A stretch of 57,307 nt of DNA from an uncultured Atopobiaceae bacterium (GCA_944321385.1 CALULC010000001.1:1-57307), one strand, 5' to 3'. Shown: positions 37,908 to 47,277, numbered from the stretch's first letter. Notes: a model not told the origin generated them from the letters alone. Made by a program: numbers and translations.

Positions 37908-38471
37908 CTAGTGCCCGCGCTTCTCCCCAAGGAACTCGATCAGGCTGCGATAGCGCCCCTCCGAGAGGGCCTTGCGCGGAACGTAGACGTAGCGCCTGCG
38001 GCCAAAGCCGGCGAGCAGGCACTCGTCGGTGGCGTGCAGCGTCTTGAGCTCGGAGAGCGGGTAGGTCTCGTGCTTGCCGCCGCTGGTCTCGGTGTGGACG
38101 GCGTCGTCGCAGAAGACAACGTGGCGGCGCTCGGAGCCACCGTCAAGGGCAAGCGAGCTCCTGACGGCAACGTGCGTCTGGACGCGGTTCCAGTTGGACC
38201 ACACAAACAGCAGCGCCATGACGATGATCGCGGGGGCAATGAGGAACGTCTGCTGGTCGCGGAACTGCCACGCGGCAAAGACCAGCAGGATCAGGGCGAC
38301 AAAGCTGATGGGCCCAAGCGTGCGCTTGACGTTTGGGGCAATAAGCTCTGCCGCGTAGGAGAGGGCGACCTCGTTGTAGTCAAAGGTCGCGGACACCCGA
38401 ACATTCTCATAGGCGCTGTTGTCAAACTCGCCCGACTCGTCCTTGTGGCGGACGGCGGTCTTCTTGGCCAT
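37908..38471 (-). CDS. YcxB-like membrane protein
   Basis: Two TM helices followed by a small soluble domain ending YVYVPRKAL. TAGAAT -10 box just upstream on the minus strand. Confidence 0.7.
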   Translation of the reverse strand: MAKKTAVRHKDESGEFDNSAYENVRVSATFDYNEVALSYAAELIAPNVKRTLGPISFVALILLVFAAWQFRDQQTFLIAPAIIVMALLFVWSNWNRVQTHVAVRSSLALDGGSERRHVVFCDDAVHTETSGGKHETYPLSELKTLHATDECLLAGFGRRRYVYVPRKALSEGRYRSLIEFLGEKRGH

Positions 38472-38880
38472 GCACAGTCCCTTCTCTGGAGTCACCCGGT
38501 CATTCTATCGCGCCGTGCCGTTGCTGTGGAGGAGTTGTGGTTGAGATGTGCTTCACCGGTGAAAGGGGCCGCTCGCCGTTGCGTGGGGGCGCGGGGCAAG
38601 AAGTTCGGGAATGATACACCCCGTGCAGGGAGCGGCGTGCACGACGAAAAGAGTCGCGTGCGGTCGCACTGTGTGAGCCTCAGAGCTAGGCAGCTGCAAG
38701 AAGTGAGGGCCCGAGGGCGCGATTTTCCGCGCCGCGGGCCCTCGTCCATGCGCGGGGCGTAGGCCCGCTGCCCCGTCTGTAGAGCGGCCGACCATACAAA
38801 CACCGCCGCTTTGGCCCGATTTTGTCCACCAGGCGCGAGGTGAGTATGGTTGGGCAAAGTATCTGCTACACTCTTGCGCG

Positions 38881-38987
38881 AGCGCGTTCGATGGGCTCGG
38901 GTGACGCAACACCTCGAACCTGGTCAGGGCCGGGAGGCAGCAGCCATAAGGGGCCTCTGGCGGGCACCCGATCCCATCGAGCGCGCT
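38881..38987 (+). ncRNA. ffs: Signal recognition particle RNA (4.5S)
   Basis: Helix-8 motif tcagggcc-ggga-ggcagcagc inside a long hairpin (agcgcgttcgatggg/cccatcgagcgcgct). Extended -10 TGcTACACT upstream, T-run downstream, near dnaX. Confidence 0.9.
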
Positions 38988-39037
38988 TTTTTCATGCCGC
39001 GATTTGGCGCGTACTCTAAGGGCGCAAAAAATAACGG

Positions 39038-39110
39038 GGTTTGGTTTGCTGAAAGAAATATGCCAACTGGGCTTTTGTTTCAAATTGAGGCGCTTTCAGG
39101 AAACCAAACC
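39038..39110. repeat. 73-bp AT-rich element with an 18-bp terminal inverted repeat (different TIR family)
   Basis: ggtttggtttgctgaaag/ctttcaggaaaccaaacc (17 of 18 match). Confidence 0.7.
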
Positions 39111-39185
39111 GCGTTAATTCTGGGCTAAGGGTTTGAGCGCCCGCCCGCCGACCTCTCGGACGGCACTTCCGAGGCGCGTGCGATA

Positions 39186-39695
39186 ATGGCCAAGCCCCAC
39201 AACCAAAGGAGTCCCGTGAGCGTCCTGCCCTCGCACCGCCTCGACCCGCGCATGCTGCGCGTGTGGTACGTCTCTGACGTGATCGGCATCGCGGCGGTGG
39301 CCGTGCTGGCGGTGGTGGCCTGGGCGATCGTGCGCCACCTGGGCGGCGACGTCTTCTGGGTCTACCTGGTGGCCGGCGTTATCGAGCTGGTCTGCCTGGG
39401 TGACCTCCTGATCTCCCCGCGCATCGAGATGGCCACCTGGCGCTATGACGTCACGCCCACGGACGTGGACCTCTACCACGGCGTCTTTGTGAAGAAGCGC
39501 GTGCTCGTGCCGCTCGTGCGCGTCCAGCACGTGCAGACCAAGCAGGGTCCCATCCTGCGCGCGCACGGCCTGGCCACGGTGACCATCTCCACGGCCGGCG
39601 AGAGCTTCGAGATTCCCGGTCTGGCCGAGGCCGACGCCGCCACACTGCGCGACCGCGTGGCCGAGCTCGCGCGCCTCGCCAAGGAGGACGTGTGA
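39186..39695 (+). CDS. YdbS-like PH-domain membrane protein
   Basis: 2 TM, then WRYDV...VPLVRVQHVQTKQGPILRAHGLATVTISTAG...LRDRV. Confidence 0.88.
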   Translation: MAKPHNQRSPVSVLPSHRLDPRMLRVWYVSDVIGIAAVAVLAVVAWAIVRHLGGDVFWVYLVAGVIELVCLGDLLISPRIEMATWRYDVTPTDVDLYHGVFVKKRVLVPLVRVQHVQTKQGPILRAHGLATVTISTAGESFEIPGLAEADAATLRDRVAELARLAKEDV

Positions 39696-41299
39696 GCGGG
39701 GGAGAGAAGGACGGCATGCCTCGGATTCCCTCCGGCGAGCATCGCGCCAACCCGCTCTCCGTGCTCGTCGAGGCGCTCAAAATGACCTGGGGCCTGGTTG
39801 TGCTCGTTGCGCTCGGCCTTGCCGGGGACTTCTTCGCCGGGGACGCGGGCGCCCTGCGCACGCTTGCCCTGGCTGCCGCCGCGATCTTTGCGGCGTGCCT
39901 GCTGCTCGGCTTCGTGATCTGGCGCGCTCGCACCCGGGAGCTTGCCGACGAGGGGCTCGTCGTGCGCTGGGGCCTGCTCAACCGCCGCCGTCTCACGGTG
40001 CCCTACGAGCACATCCACACGGTCTCGATGAACTCCACCCTGTTCGAGCGCGTCTTTGGTTTGGTGACACTCGATCTTGACACGGGCGCGGCAGCGACCG
40101 AGGGCGACGCCTCCAAGATTTCCGGCATGCGCGAGGGCGAGGCGGAGGTGCTTCGTGCGGAACTCTTTCGCCGCAAGCGCGCCGCGGCGCCGGCGGACGA
40201 GAAGAACCTGGAAGCTTCGGATTCGCCGGACGCCCCGGAGGCCGAGCGCCCGCTTGCCGTCTTCTCGCTCACGAACCGGCAGCTCGCGCTTGCCGCCGCA
40301 TCGCACATCAGCGCCGGCGGCCAGGCCTTCGCGCTCGTGGTTCTTCTCGGCAACGGCCTGGCCCAGCTCGGCGAATGGGGCCTGTTTGACCTCGAGGGCG
40401 CGGGGGCGGGGATCGCGGCCACGGAGGTCCCGGCGCTGCTGCCCCTGCTGGCGGGCTTTGTCATCTCTGTCTTGGTGTTCGGCGCGGTGGTCTCGTTTGC
40501 TGTCAACCTCATGCGTTACGCGGGCTATCGCGTGGAGCGCTATGCCGACCGGGTGGTCGTGGAGCACGGCCTGCTTTCGCGCGTGTCGCGCACGGTCGTT
40601 GCGGGGCGTGTGCAGTACGTGGCGGTGCGGCAGGGCATCATTCGCCAGCTCATCGGGTATGCCGAGGTAACGGCGCAAGTGGTCTCCGCGCCCGGCGAGA
40701 AGGACGGCGAGTCCTCGGGCAGCGTGCTTCTGCACCCGTTCATCCGCATGGACGAGCTCGATGCGTTTCTCGCCGAGGTCCTGCCCGCCTACGCGGGCGT
40801 GCTGGGCGCCGCTCAGCTGGGGCGTCTTGGTCCGGTCGCTCGCCGCCGCGCCGTGGTGCGCGCGGTTATCTGGTGGCCGTTTGCGACGGCGATCTTCTTT
40901 GGCGCGCACTGGCTCTTTGGGTTCTCCGGCTTGCTGGAGCGCGCGGCGTGGCTGCTGCGCCCGGTGCTTGTTGCCGCGGCCGTGCTGAGCGTGGTGCTGC
41001 TCGTGGGGTTTGTTGCGGACGCGCTGCGAGCCTGGGGCGCCGCCCGCTACGGCCACACCGCCCGCGAGCTGGTGCTCGTTACCGGTGGCCTCACGCGGCT
41101 CACCGTGATCGTGCCGCGTGCGCGGCTGCAGCGCATGTCCGTCTCCGTGAGCCCCTTCCAGCGTCGTGCCGGCGTGGCCACGCTTTCCGTGCGCACGGCG
41201 GCAAGTGACGCTGCCGGCCTCGAGCTGCGCGACGTTCCCGCTGCCGATGCCGAGGCCCTTCTCGCCTGGTTCCGCCCGCGCCTCTCGCCGGCCCGGTAG
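39692..41299 (+). CDS. YdbT-like membrane protein with three bacterial PH (bPH_2) domains
   Basis: Three TM + GLL...RvQ.v..S.FqR.fG...L repeats; coupled to the ydbS-like gene. Confidence 0.85.
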   Translation: MSGGEKDGMPRIPSGEHRANPLSVLVEALKMTWGLVVLVALGLAGDFFAGDAGALRTLALAAAAIFAACLLLGFVIWRARTRELADEGLVVRWGLLNRRRLTVPYEHIHTVSMNSTLFERVFGLVTLDLDTGAAATEGDASKISGMREGEAEVLRAELFRRKRAAAPADEKNLEASDSPDAPEAERPLAVFSLTNRQLALAAASHISAGGQAFALVVLLGNGLAQLGEWGLFDLEGAGAGIAATEVPALLPLLAGFVISVLVFGAVVSFAVNLMRYAGYRVERYADRVVVEHGLLSRVSRTVVAGRVQYVAVRQGIIRQLIGYAEVTAQVVSAPGEKDGESSGSVLLHPFIRMDELDAFLAEVLPAYAGVLGAAQLGRLGPVARRRAVVRAVIWWPFATAIFFGAHWLFGFSGLLERAAWLLRPVLVAAAVLSVVLLVGFVADALRAWGAARYGHTARELVLVTGGLTRLTVIVPRARLQRMSVSVSPFQRRAGVATLSVRTAASDAAGLELRDVPAADAEALLAWFRPRLSPAR

Positions 41300-41376
41300 C
41301 GCGCGCCGGGCGGCATAAAAACGCGTTTCTCGAGAAGAACTTTCAGGTTGAACGCGCCAGTGTATGTTATTTAGCC
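41255..41376 (+). repeat. Left 122-bp direct repeat of the Fic islet (includes the 3' end of the ydbT-like gene)
   Basis: gcccttctcgcctggttccgcccgcgcctctcgccggcccg...cgagaagaactttcaggttgaacgcgccagtgtatgttatttagcc recurs at 42540-42661. Confidence 0.92.
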
Positions 41377-41405
41377 AACCACTTAGTACTCGCCGCCGCG
41401 GCGTG

Positions 41406-41466
41406 CAAGTATCTCCGCCAAATATGTTAGATTTGACGTAGATACTTGTACCATGGCGGAGATACT
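41406..41466. promoter_or_regulatory. Inverted-repeat operator-like sites upstream of the Fic gene
   Basis: caagtatctccgccaa (41406), ttgacgtagatacttg (41433) and tggcggagatact (41454). Confidence 0.6.
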
Positions 41467-41485
41467 CGGCGAAGTTGGGGGACCC

Positions 41486-42529
41486 ATGCGTTCATTTGAC
41501 TACGAGCGGGAGCTCTCAAGGCTCATGACCCCGGAGGTCGTGAATGCCCTCTCGGCCATTTATGCCGCCCGGGCGCGGCAGGAGCTCAGGATGGAGCTGC
41601 GTCCCGTCGAGCTCGAGGGCCTGCGCGAGGTTGCGCGCATCCAGAGCACGGGCGCTTCAAACAGCCTCGAGAACATCCGCACCTCAGACGTCCGCCTGCG
41701 TGAGATCGTCCAGATGCGCGCTCAGCCAAAGAACCGAGACGAGCGCGAGATCGCGGGCTATCGCGTCGTGCTTGACCTCATCCACGAGAGCCATGCGCAC
41801 ATCAGCGTGACGCCAAACGTCATTCTGCAGCTCCATCGCGACCTCTACCGCTCCGTTGGCGTCTCCTTTGGCGGGCGCTGGAAAGACACCGATAACGTCA
41901 TTGCCGAGACGGGGCCTGATGGCGCGCTTGTCACGCGCTTCATCCCAACGAGCGCGCTCGAAACCCCGGCGGCGATGGAGTCGCTCTGCTCCGCCTATGC
42001 GGGCGCTGTTGCCGATGGCCGCTACGATGCCCTTCTTGTCAGTGCGCTCTTTACTTTCGACTTTGTGAGCATCCATCCGTTCAACGACGGCAACGGGCGA
42101 ATGAGCAGACTCCTTGCGCTTCTTACGCTCTATCGCGGGGGCTATGACGTGGGGCGCTACGTCTCTATCGAGCGCGAGATCGAGCGGACCAAGGAGACGT
42201 ACTACGAGGCACTTGCGGCGAGCTCGGCCGGCTGGCGAGAGGGGGAGAACGACTACCTGCCGTACGTGACCTACTTTCTGGGCGTGGTGCTCGCCTGTTA
42301 TCGAGAGATGGACGAGCGTATGGCGGCGCTGTCTCTGGGCTCTTCGGAGGAGCGCGTGCGTGCCTTCTTTGCGACGCGCCTTGAGCCCGTGAGCAGGCGC
42401 GAGGTGGCGGAGGCGCTTCCCACCATCAGCTCGCGCACGCTCGACCGCGTGCTCGCGCGGCTTCAGGCGACCGGCGAGCTGGAGAAGGTCGGCGCGGCTC
42501 GGGCCACGCGCTATCGCTGGGTGCGGTGA
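41486..42529 (+). CDS. Fic/DOC family protein with a C-terminal winged HTH
   Basis: Canonical HPFNDGNGRMSR, N-terminal STGASNSLEN, C-terminal SRREVAEAL...SSRTLDRVL...G.LEKVG.ARATRY. Confidence 0.92.
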   Translation: MRSFDYERELSRLMTPEVVNALSAIYAARARQELRMELRPVELEGLREVARIQSTGASNSLENIRTSDVRLREIVQMRAQPKNRDEREIAGYRVVLDLIHESHAHISVTPNVILQLHRDLYRSVGVSFGGRWKDTDNVIAETGPDGALVTRFIPTSALETPAAMESLCSAYAGAVADGRYDALLVSALFTFDFVSIHPFNDGNGRMSRLLALLTLYRGGYDVGRYVSIEREIERTKETYYEALAASSAGWREGENDYLPYVTYFLGVVLACYREMDERMAALSLGSSEERVRAFFATRLEPVSRREVAEALPTISSRTLDRVLARLQATGELEKVGAARATRYRWVR

Positions 42530-42539
42530 CGGGTCGCCC

Positions 42540-42661
42540 GCCCTTCTCGCCTGGTTCCGCCCGCGCCTCTCGCCGGCCCGTTAGCACACGCTGCGCGGCA
42601 TAAAAAATCGTTTCTCGAGAAGAACTTTCAGGTTGAACGCGCCAGTGTATGTTATTTAGCC
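42540..42661 (+). repeat. Right 122-bp direct repeat of the Fic islet
   Basis: Near-identical to 41255-41376, with mismatches clustered around and just after the duplicated stop codon. Confidence 0.92.
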
Positions 42662-42724
42662 CGCTGCTTTGCGTCAGGCGTCGCGGGTATACTGGAACCT
42701 CAAAACGCAATCGCCGGAGGCCGC

Positions 42725-44998
42725 ATGGAATCGCTGTACACCAAGTATCGCCCTCAGACGTTTGAGCAGGTGGTGGGCCAGTCTCACGTGGTGGAGACCC
42801 TCAAGCGCGCCGTGCTGGAGGGGCGCACCAGCCACGCGTACCTGTTCTGCGGCCCGCGCGGAACGGGCAAGACCACGATGGCGCGCATCCTTGCCAAGGC
42901 GCTCATGTGCGAGCGCGGCCCCGCCGCCCTGCCCGACGGCACCTGCGAGCAGTGCCAGCTCATCGCCGCCGGAGAGCACCCGGACGTCATCGAGCTGGAC
43001 GCCGCCTCGCGCACCGGCGTGGACAACGTCCGCGAGGAGATCATCGGCCGCGTGGGGTACGCCCCCGCGATGGGCCGCGCGAAGGTCTACATCATCGACG
43101 AGGTCCACATGCTCACTCCCGCGGCGTTCAACGCGCTGCTCAAGACCCTCGAGGAGCCTCCTGAGCACGTGATCTTCATCATGTGCACCACAGACCCCCA
43201 GAAGATCCTCCCCACGATTCTCTCCCGCGTGCAGCGCTTTGACTTCCACGCCATCGGAAACGACGAGATGCAGGCGCACCTTGCGTACGTGTGCTCGCGG
43301 GAGGGCTTCACCTACGACGAGGCCGCCCTCGAGCTCGTTGTGCGCCACGCTCGCGGCGGCATGCGCGACGCGCTGACCTCGCTCGAGCAGCTCTCGGTCT
43401 TTGGCGCGGGAAACATCGGCATCGCGGCCGCCCAGGACCTGCTCGGAGAGGTCTCCGGCTCGGTGCTCGGAAAGGTCTCCCGCGCGATGGCCCACCGTGA
43501 CGTTGCGACGCTCTTTGCCGAGGTAGCCACCCTTGCCGATACGGGCCGTGACCTCCTGAGGTTCACGCGCGAGCTGGCCTCTCACGTGCGCGACGTCTAT
43601 GTGGTCTCGGTCGCCCCCAGTGCGGATGACGTTGTGGCCGCCCAGGGCGATGAGCTGGAGGCCCTGCGTGCCGAGGCGGCTGCCTACGGCTCCGCCGACC
43701 GCGTGGCGCGCGTGCTCACCGTGCTCGGGGATGCCTCGAGCGAGATGCGCACGGCCACCAACCAGCGCCTCGTTCTGGAGATTGCCCTGACGCGCATCGC
43801 CCGGCCCAAGACTGACCTCACCCTCGAGGCGCTCGCGGAGCGCATCGCGGACCTCGAGCGCCAGGTTGCCATTCTCTCGACTCCCGGCGCCCGGGTTGCC
43901 GTCCCAGCGCAGCGGGCCGAGAAGGACCTTGGGCAGACGGCCGAGAAGAGCCTCCAGCAGGAGCCTGCCGCCCAGGTAACGCTCCGGCCCGAAGCTGTTT
44001 CTCCCGCGGCAGTTGCCCCGGCTCCGACGCCAGCGCCCGCCGAGAAGAGCGGCGAGGCCCGAGCGACCGGGGGCGGCGCCGGCGGCTCTCGCGGCGGCCT
44101 CAGCAACGGCAACCTCCAGCGTACTTGGAAGCAGGTTGTTGACACCCTCGTCAAGAAGGTCCCGGCGAAGGGCTCCCTGCTGCTGTCCTCGTCTGCCGTC
44201 TCCGATGACGGTTCGCAGCTCGTTGTTTCGCTGCCCAAGGGGTCGCATTTCGCGGCAAAGATGCTCGAGCGCGCGGACGTGAGGTCAAGCGTGGATCCCG
44301 TGATTGCCGCCGCGTTTGGGCCCAGGCAGGTCGTCTACGTGGAGTCGAGCCTCGCGAGCAGGGCGATTTCTCGGGCGGAGAGCCCCGCGGAACCCGTCGC
44401 GCGGCAGGCCCCCGCGCCTGCGGTCGCGCCTCGGCCGGAGCCCGCGCCCCAGCCGGCTCCCGCGCCGACGGCTGCCCCCGCCCCTGCGCCCCAGCCGGAA
44501 CCTGCGCCGATGGCCGCGCCCCAGCCGGAGCCCGGTCCTGAGCCCGCCCCTCAACCCGCTGCTCCGCAGCCTGTCCCTGAGGAGAAGGTCGCCTACCCCA
44601 TGCCGTGGGACGAGCCTCCCGCGTCCGACCCCGTTCCGTATGACGACGCTGACGCGGCCCCGTACGACGAGCCCGATCAGCCCTCCCCGGGACCTTCGGC
44701 TGTGCCGGTCGAGGCGCCACCTGCCGAGGCGGCCCCCCAGCCGACCCCGAGGCCAGCTCCGCAACCACAGGCCGCCGCGGCGTCCGCTGCCGGCCTCTCC
44801 GCCGAGTTTGCCGGCATCGTTGCCATGCTCTCTGCCTCGAGCCTCGGAAGTCCGGTGAGCGTTGAGGTGGAGCCCGCGGAGACGACGTCGGACGAGGAGG
44901 CGGCGGACGAGCTCTCGCGGGAGCACGCCAACGACCAGGACGCCGGCTACATTGACGAACCCATCGACGACAGCGAGGACGACGAAGACCCCGAATAG
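42725..44998 (+). CDS. dnaX: DNA polymerase III subunit gamma/tau
   Basis: LYTKYRPQTF, GPRGTGKTT, ELDAAS, IIDEVHML, NALLKTLEEPP and GGMRDAL; long Pro/Ala-rich C-terminus. Confidence 0.96.
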   Translation: MESLYTKYRPQTFEQVVGQSHVVETLKRAVLEGRTSHAYLFCGPRGTGKTTMARILAKALMCERGPAALPDGTCEQCQLIAAGEHPDVIELDAASRTGVDNVREEIIGRVGYAPAMGRAKVYIIDEVHMLTPAAFNALLKTLEEPPEHVIFIMCTTDPQKILPTILSRVQRFDFHAIGNDEMQAHLAYVCSREGFTYDEAALELVVRHARGGMRDALTSLEQLSVFGAGNIGIAAAQDLLGEVSGSVLGKVSRAMAHRDVATLFAEVATLADTGRDLLRFTRELASHVRDVYVVSVAPSADDVVAAQGDELEALRAEAAAYGSADRVARVLTVLGDASSEMRTATNQRLVLEIALTRIARPKTDLTLEALAERIADLERQVAILSTPGARVAVPAQRAEKDLGQTAEKSLQQEPAAQVTLRPEAVSPAAVAPAPTPAPAEKSGEARATGGGAGGSRGGLSNGNLQRTWKQVVDTLVKKVPAKGSLLLSSSAVSDDGSQLVVSLPKGSHFAAKMLERADVRSSVDPVIAAAFGPRQVVYVESSLASRAISRAESPAEPVARQAPAPAVAPRPEPAPQPAPAPTAAPAPAPQPEPAPMAAPQPEPGPEPAPQPAAPQPVPEEKVAYPMPWDEPPASDPVPYDDADAAPYDEPDQPSPGPSAVPVEAPPAEAAPQPTPRPAPQPQAAAASAAGLSAEFAGIVAMLSASSLGSPVSVEVEPAETTSDEEAADELSREHANDQDAGYIDEPIDDSEDDEDPE

Positions 44999-45063
44999 GA
45001 CCTCCGCGAAACGCGCTTCTCGCCAGACGTACTTCTTGCCACACGCAAAGGAAAGGATTGGAA

Positions 45064-45399
45064 ATGGCAAAAGGCTTCAACATGGGCGGCATGAACCGCA
45101 ACCAGATGATTGCCCAGGCTCGCAAGATGCAGCAGCAGCTCATCGAGGCCCAGCAGAAGGTCTCCGAGCTCGAGGTCTCCACGAGCGCCGGCGGCGGCGC
45201 CGTCAAGGTTACGGCCACGGGCGACATGCGTGTGACCTCGCTCACGATCGACCCCGAGGTCGTGGACCCCGATGACGTTGAGATGCTCCAGGACCTTATC
45301 CTGGCTGCCGTCAACGACGCCCTCGAGTCCGCGGGCGAGGCGGCGAGCAAGCAGGTGAGCTCCGCTACCGGCGGCCTGGGTATCCCCGGCCTGTTCTAG
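45064..45399 (+). CDS. ybaB: YbaB/EbfC nucleoid-associated protein
   Basis: QARKMQ...[12 protein letters not shown]...[19 protein letters not shown]; between dnaX and recR. Confidence 0.93.
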   Translation: MAKGFNMGGMNRNQMIAQARKMQQQLIEAQQKVSELEVSTSAGGGAVKVTATGDMRVTSLTIDPEVVDPDDVEMLQDLILAAVNDALESAGEAASKQVSSATGGLGIPGLF

Positions 45400-45407
45400 C
45401 CCGCGCG

Positions 45408-46016
45408 ATGGAAGGCAACCTGAACGATGGGCGTGCGCTCCAGCGGCTTCTCGACGAGCTGGGGCGCCTGCCCGGCGTGGGGCCAAAGTCCGCCCAGCGC
45501 ATCGCATATTACCTGCTCGAGGCGGACGTTGACGAGGCCCGCAGGCTGGCCGCGGCCATCCTGGACGTCAAGCAGCAGGTCCACTTCTGTCCCGTGTGCT
45601 TTAGCTACGCCACGCGCGACACCTGCGACGTGTGCGCAGACGCCACGCGGGACCGGAGCACGATCTGCGTGGTCTCCGAGCCGCGCGACGTGAGCGCCAT
45701 CGAGCGAACGGGGACCTATCACGGTCTCTACCATGTGCTCGGGGGCGTGATCTCGCCCATGGACAAGATCGGACCGGAGCAGCTTCACGTGAGGGAGCTG
45801 CTCTCGCGCCTTGCGGACGACGAGGTCGGAGAGGTGATTCTTGCCACGAACCCTGACGTCGAGGGCGAGACCACGGCAACGTATCTTGCGAGGGTGATTC
45901 GGCCTCTTGACGTTCGTGTTTCTCGGCTGGCGAGCGGGCTGCCCGTAGGCGGGGATCTGGAGTACGCTGATGAGGTGACGCTCGGCCGCGCAATCGAGGC
46001 GCGGCGTGAGCTCTAG
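45408..46016 (+). CDS. recR: Recombination mediator RecR
   Basis: [12 protein letters not shown]4 zinc finger, [22 protein letters not shown] and LEYADEVTL. Confidence 0.96.
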   Translation: MEGNLNDGRALQRLLDELGRLPGVGPKSAQRIAYYLLEADVDEARRLAAAILDVKQQVHFCPVCFSYATRDTCDVCADATRDRSTICVVSEPRDVSAIERTGTYHGLYHVLGGVISPMDKIGPEQLHVRELLSRLADDEVGEVILATNPDVEGETTATYLARVIRPLDVRVSRLASGLPVGGDLEYADEVTLGRAIEARREL

Positions 46017-46029
46017 CAAGGGGGCTGCT

Positions 46030-46848
46030 ATGGGAACTGGCAACGAGAGGCGGCGCGCCTCGCGCGAGGCGGGCGGCGCCCGGAGAAAGCTCTTTAGGTC
46101 GTCCGGCACGGCGAAGGCGGACGGGCTCGCCAGCGAGTCCGACGAGATCACGACCATCCACGCCGGCCAGGGGGCGCGTGTGACAACGCGCAAGAACGCT
46201 GCCGAGGCGGCGGACCGTGCGCGCAAGAACGCGGAGGCCCGCTACGCCAAGCGGCATCCGGAGGAGGTTGGTCCCCAGGTGGGCCCGCCCCGAAGCACGC
46301 GAAACGTCGTGCTTATCGTCATCGCGGCAATTCTTGCGCTGGCGGTGGTCTTTGCCCTGGGAACGCTCATCACCTCGCTGGTCTTCCCCCCTGCCGAGCA
46401 GGAGAACCGCCAGAACGACCAAAACCTTCGGCCAACCGCCTCTGAGCAGGAGATGATTGACCGGCAGGAGGCTCACGACGCCGCCCAGGAGCAGGCCGGC
46501 GTTGACGGAAGCGTGAGCTACGGCAACGAGACGTACTCTCTGAGCCAGGGCGAGGAGGGCACGTGGGCCCTCGTGAACGCCGCGGGTGACGTCCTCTTTG
46601 AGCTCGAGGGCACCCCGGCGGCGCTTCTGCGCTCCGCCGAGACCATCCTGATCCCCGAGAACCGGGAGGACGGCTGGGACGTGGTGTGCTACGTCATTGG
46701 CGGGCACCTCTCCGGCGTCACGTACGTCGTTGACTCCAACGGCGATGCGGTGGGCGGCTCGGGCAGCATCGACTCCGCCGAGCTTGACGACACCACGTTG
46801 CGGGTCACGGACGATTCCGGGAAGACGACGGATGTGGCGCTCGTGTAG
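46030..46848 (+). CDS. Hypothetical single-pass membrane protein
   Basis: Basic cytoplasmic N-terminus, one TM and an acidic extracellular domain; host-like codons. Confidence 0.7.
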   Translation: MGTGNERRRASREAGGARRKLFRSSGTAKADGLASESDEITTIHAGQGARVTTRKNAAEAADRARKNAEARYAKRHPEEVGPQVGPPRSTRNVVLIVIAAILALAVVFALGTLITSLVFPPAEQENRQNDQNLRPTASEQEMIDRQEAHDAAQEQAGVDGSVSYGNETYSLSQGEEGTWALVNAAGDVLFELEGTPAALLRSAETILIPENREDGWDVVCYVIGGHLSGVTYVVDSNGDAVGGSGSIDSAELDDTTLRVTDDSGKTTDVALV

Positions 46849-46954
46849 GTTTTGCGTACGAACCGCAGCTCAGAGGAGCTTCTCAAAATTTTTTGAGATT
46901 GGGCCTTGCCACGGCTTTTGGGGTATGCAAGAATAGCCCTTGCGCAAGGCGAAC

Positions 46955-47031
46955 GGGGTGTTAGCTCAGCTGGTTAGAGCGCCGGCCTGTCACGTCGGAG
47001 GTCGAGGGTTCGAGTCCCTTACATCCCGCCA
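46955..47031 (+). tRNA. tRNA-Asp(GTC)
   Basis: Acceptor GGGGTGT/ACATCCC, D arm tagctcagctggttagagc, anticodon loop ctGTCac, T loop ggttcgagtcc, G-CCA end. Confidence 0.97.
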
Positions 47032-47041
47032 TTGCACTTTC

Positions 47042-47069
47042 AGGGACCCGCAAGGGTCCCTTTCTTTTT
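47042..47069 (+). terminator. Rho-independent terminator
   Basis: agggaccc-gcaa-gggtccct followed by ttcttttt. Confidence 0.85.
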
Positions 47070-47115
47070 GCCGCGACGTTGCCCTTCTCGCAAGCTCCTC
47101 TCGCAAGTCCCCCGT

Positions 47116-47200
47116 GGGGATTAACACGCACGGTTTGTTTTGATTTCACATATCCGCAGTTGAAAATAACACGCATTGCAAACTGTGCGTGTTAATTCCC
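47116..47200. repeat. 73-bp inverted-repeat element, copy E
   Basis: ggggattaacacgcacgg...tatccgcagttgaaaataacacgcattgcaaactgtgcgtgttaattccc; closest to copy D. Confidence 0.85.
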
Positions 47201-47277
47201 GCGCCGGACTGCGTGCCGGACCGCGCGCACCGGTCCGAGCGTGCCGGACCGCGTGCCGGACCGCGCGCCGGACCGGT
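47200..47277. repeat. Short tandem repeat, ~12-bp unit CGCGTGCCGGAC
   Basis: About 5-6 degenerate copies of gcg(t/c)gccggac. Confidence 0.6.

Noticed and set aside
42725-44998. Programmed frameshift or slippage site in dnaX
   Set aside because: No A-AAA-AAG or long A/T run was seen. The Pro/Ala repeats are an ordinary linker.
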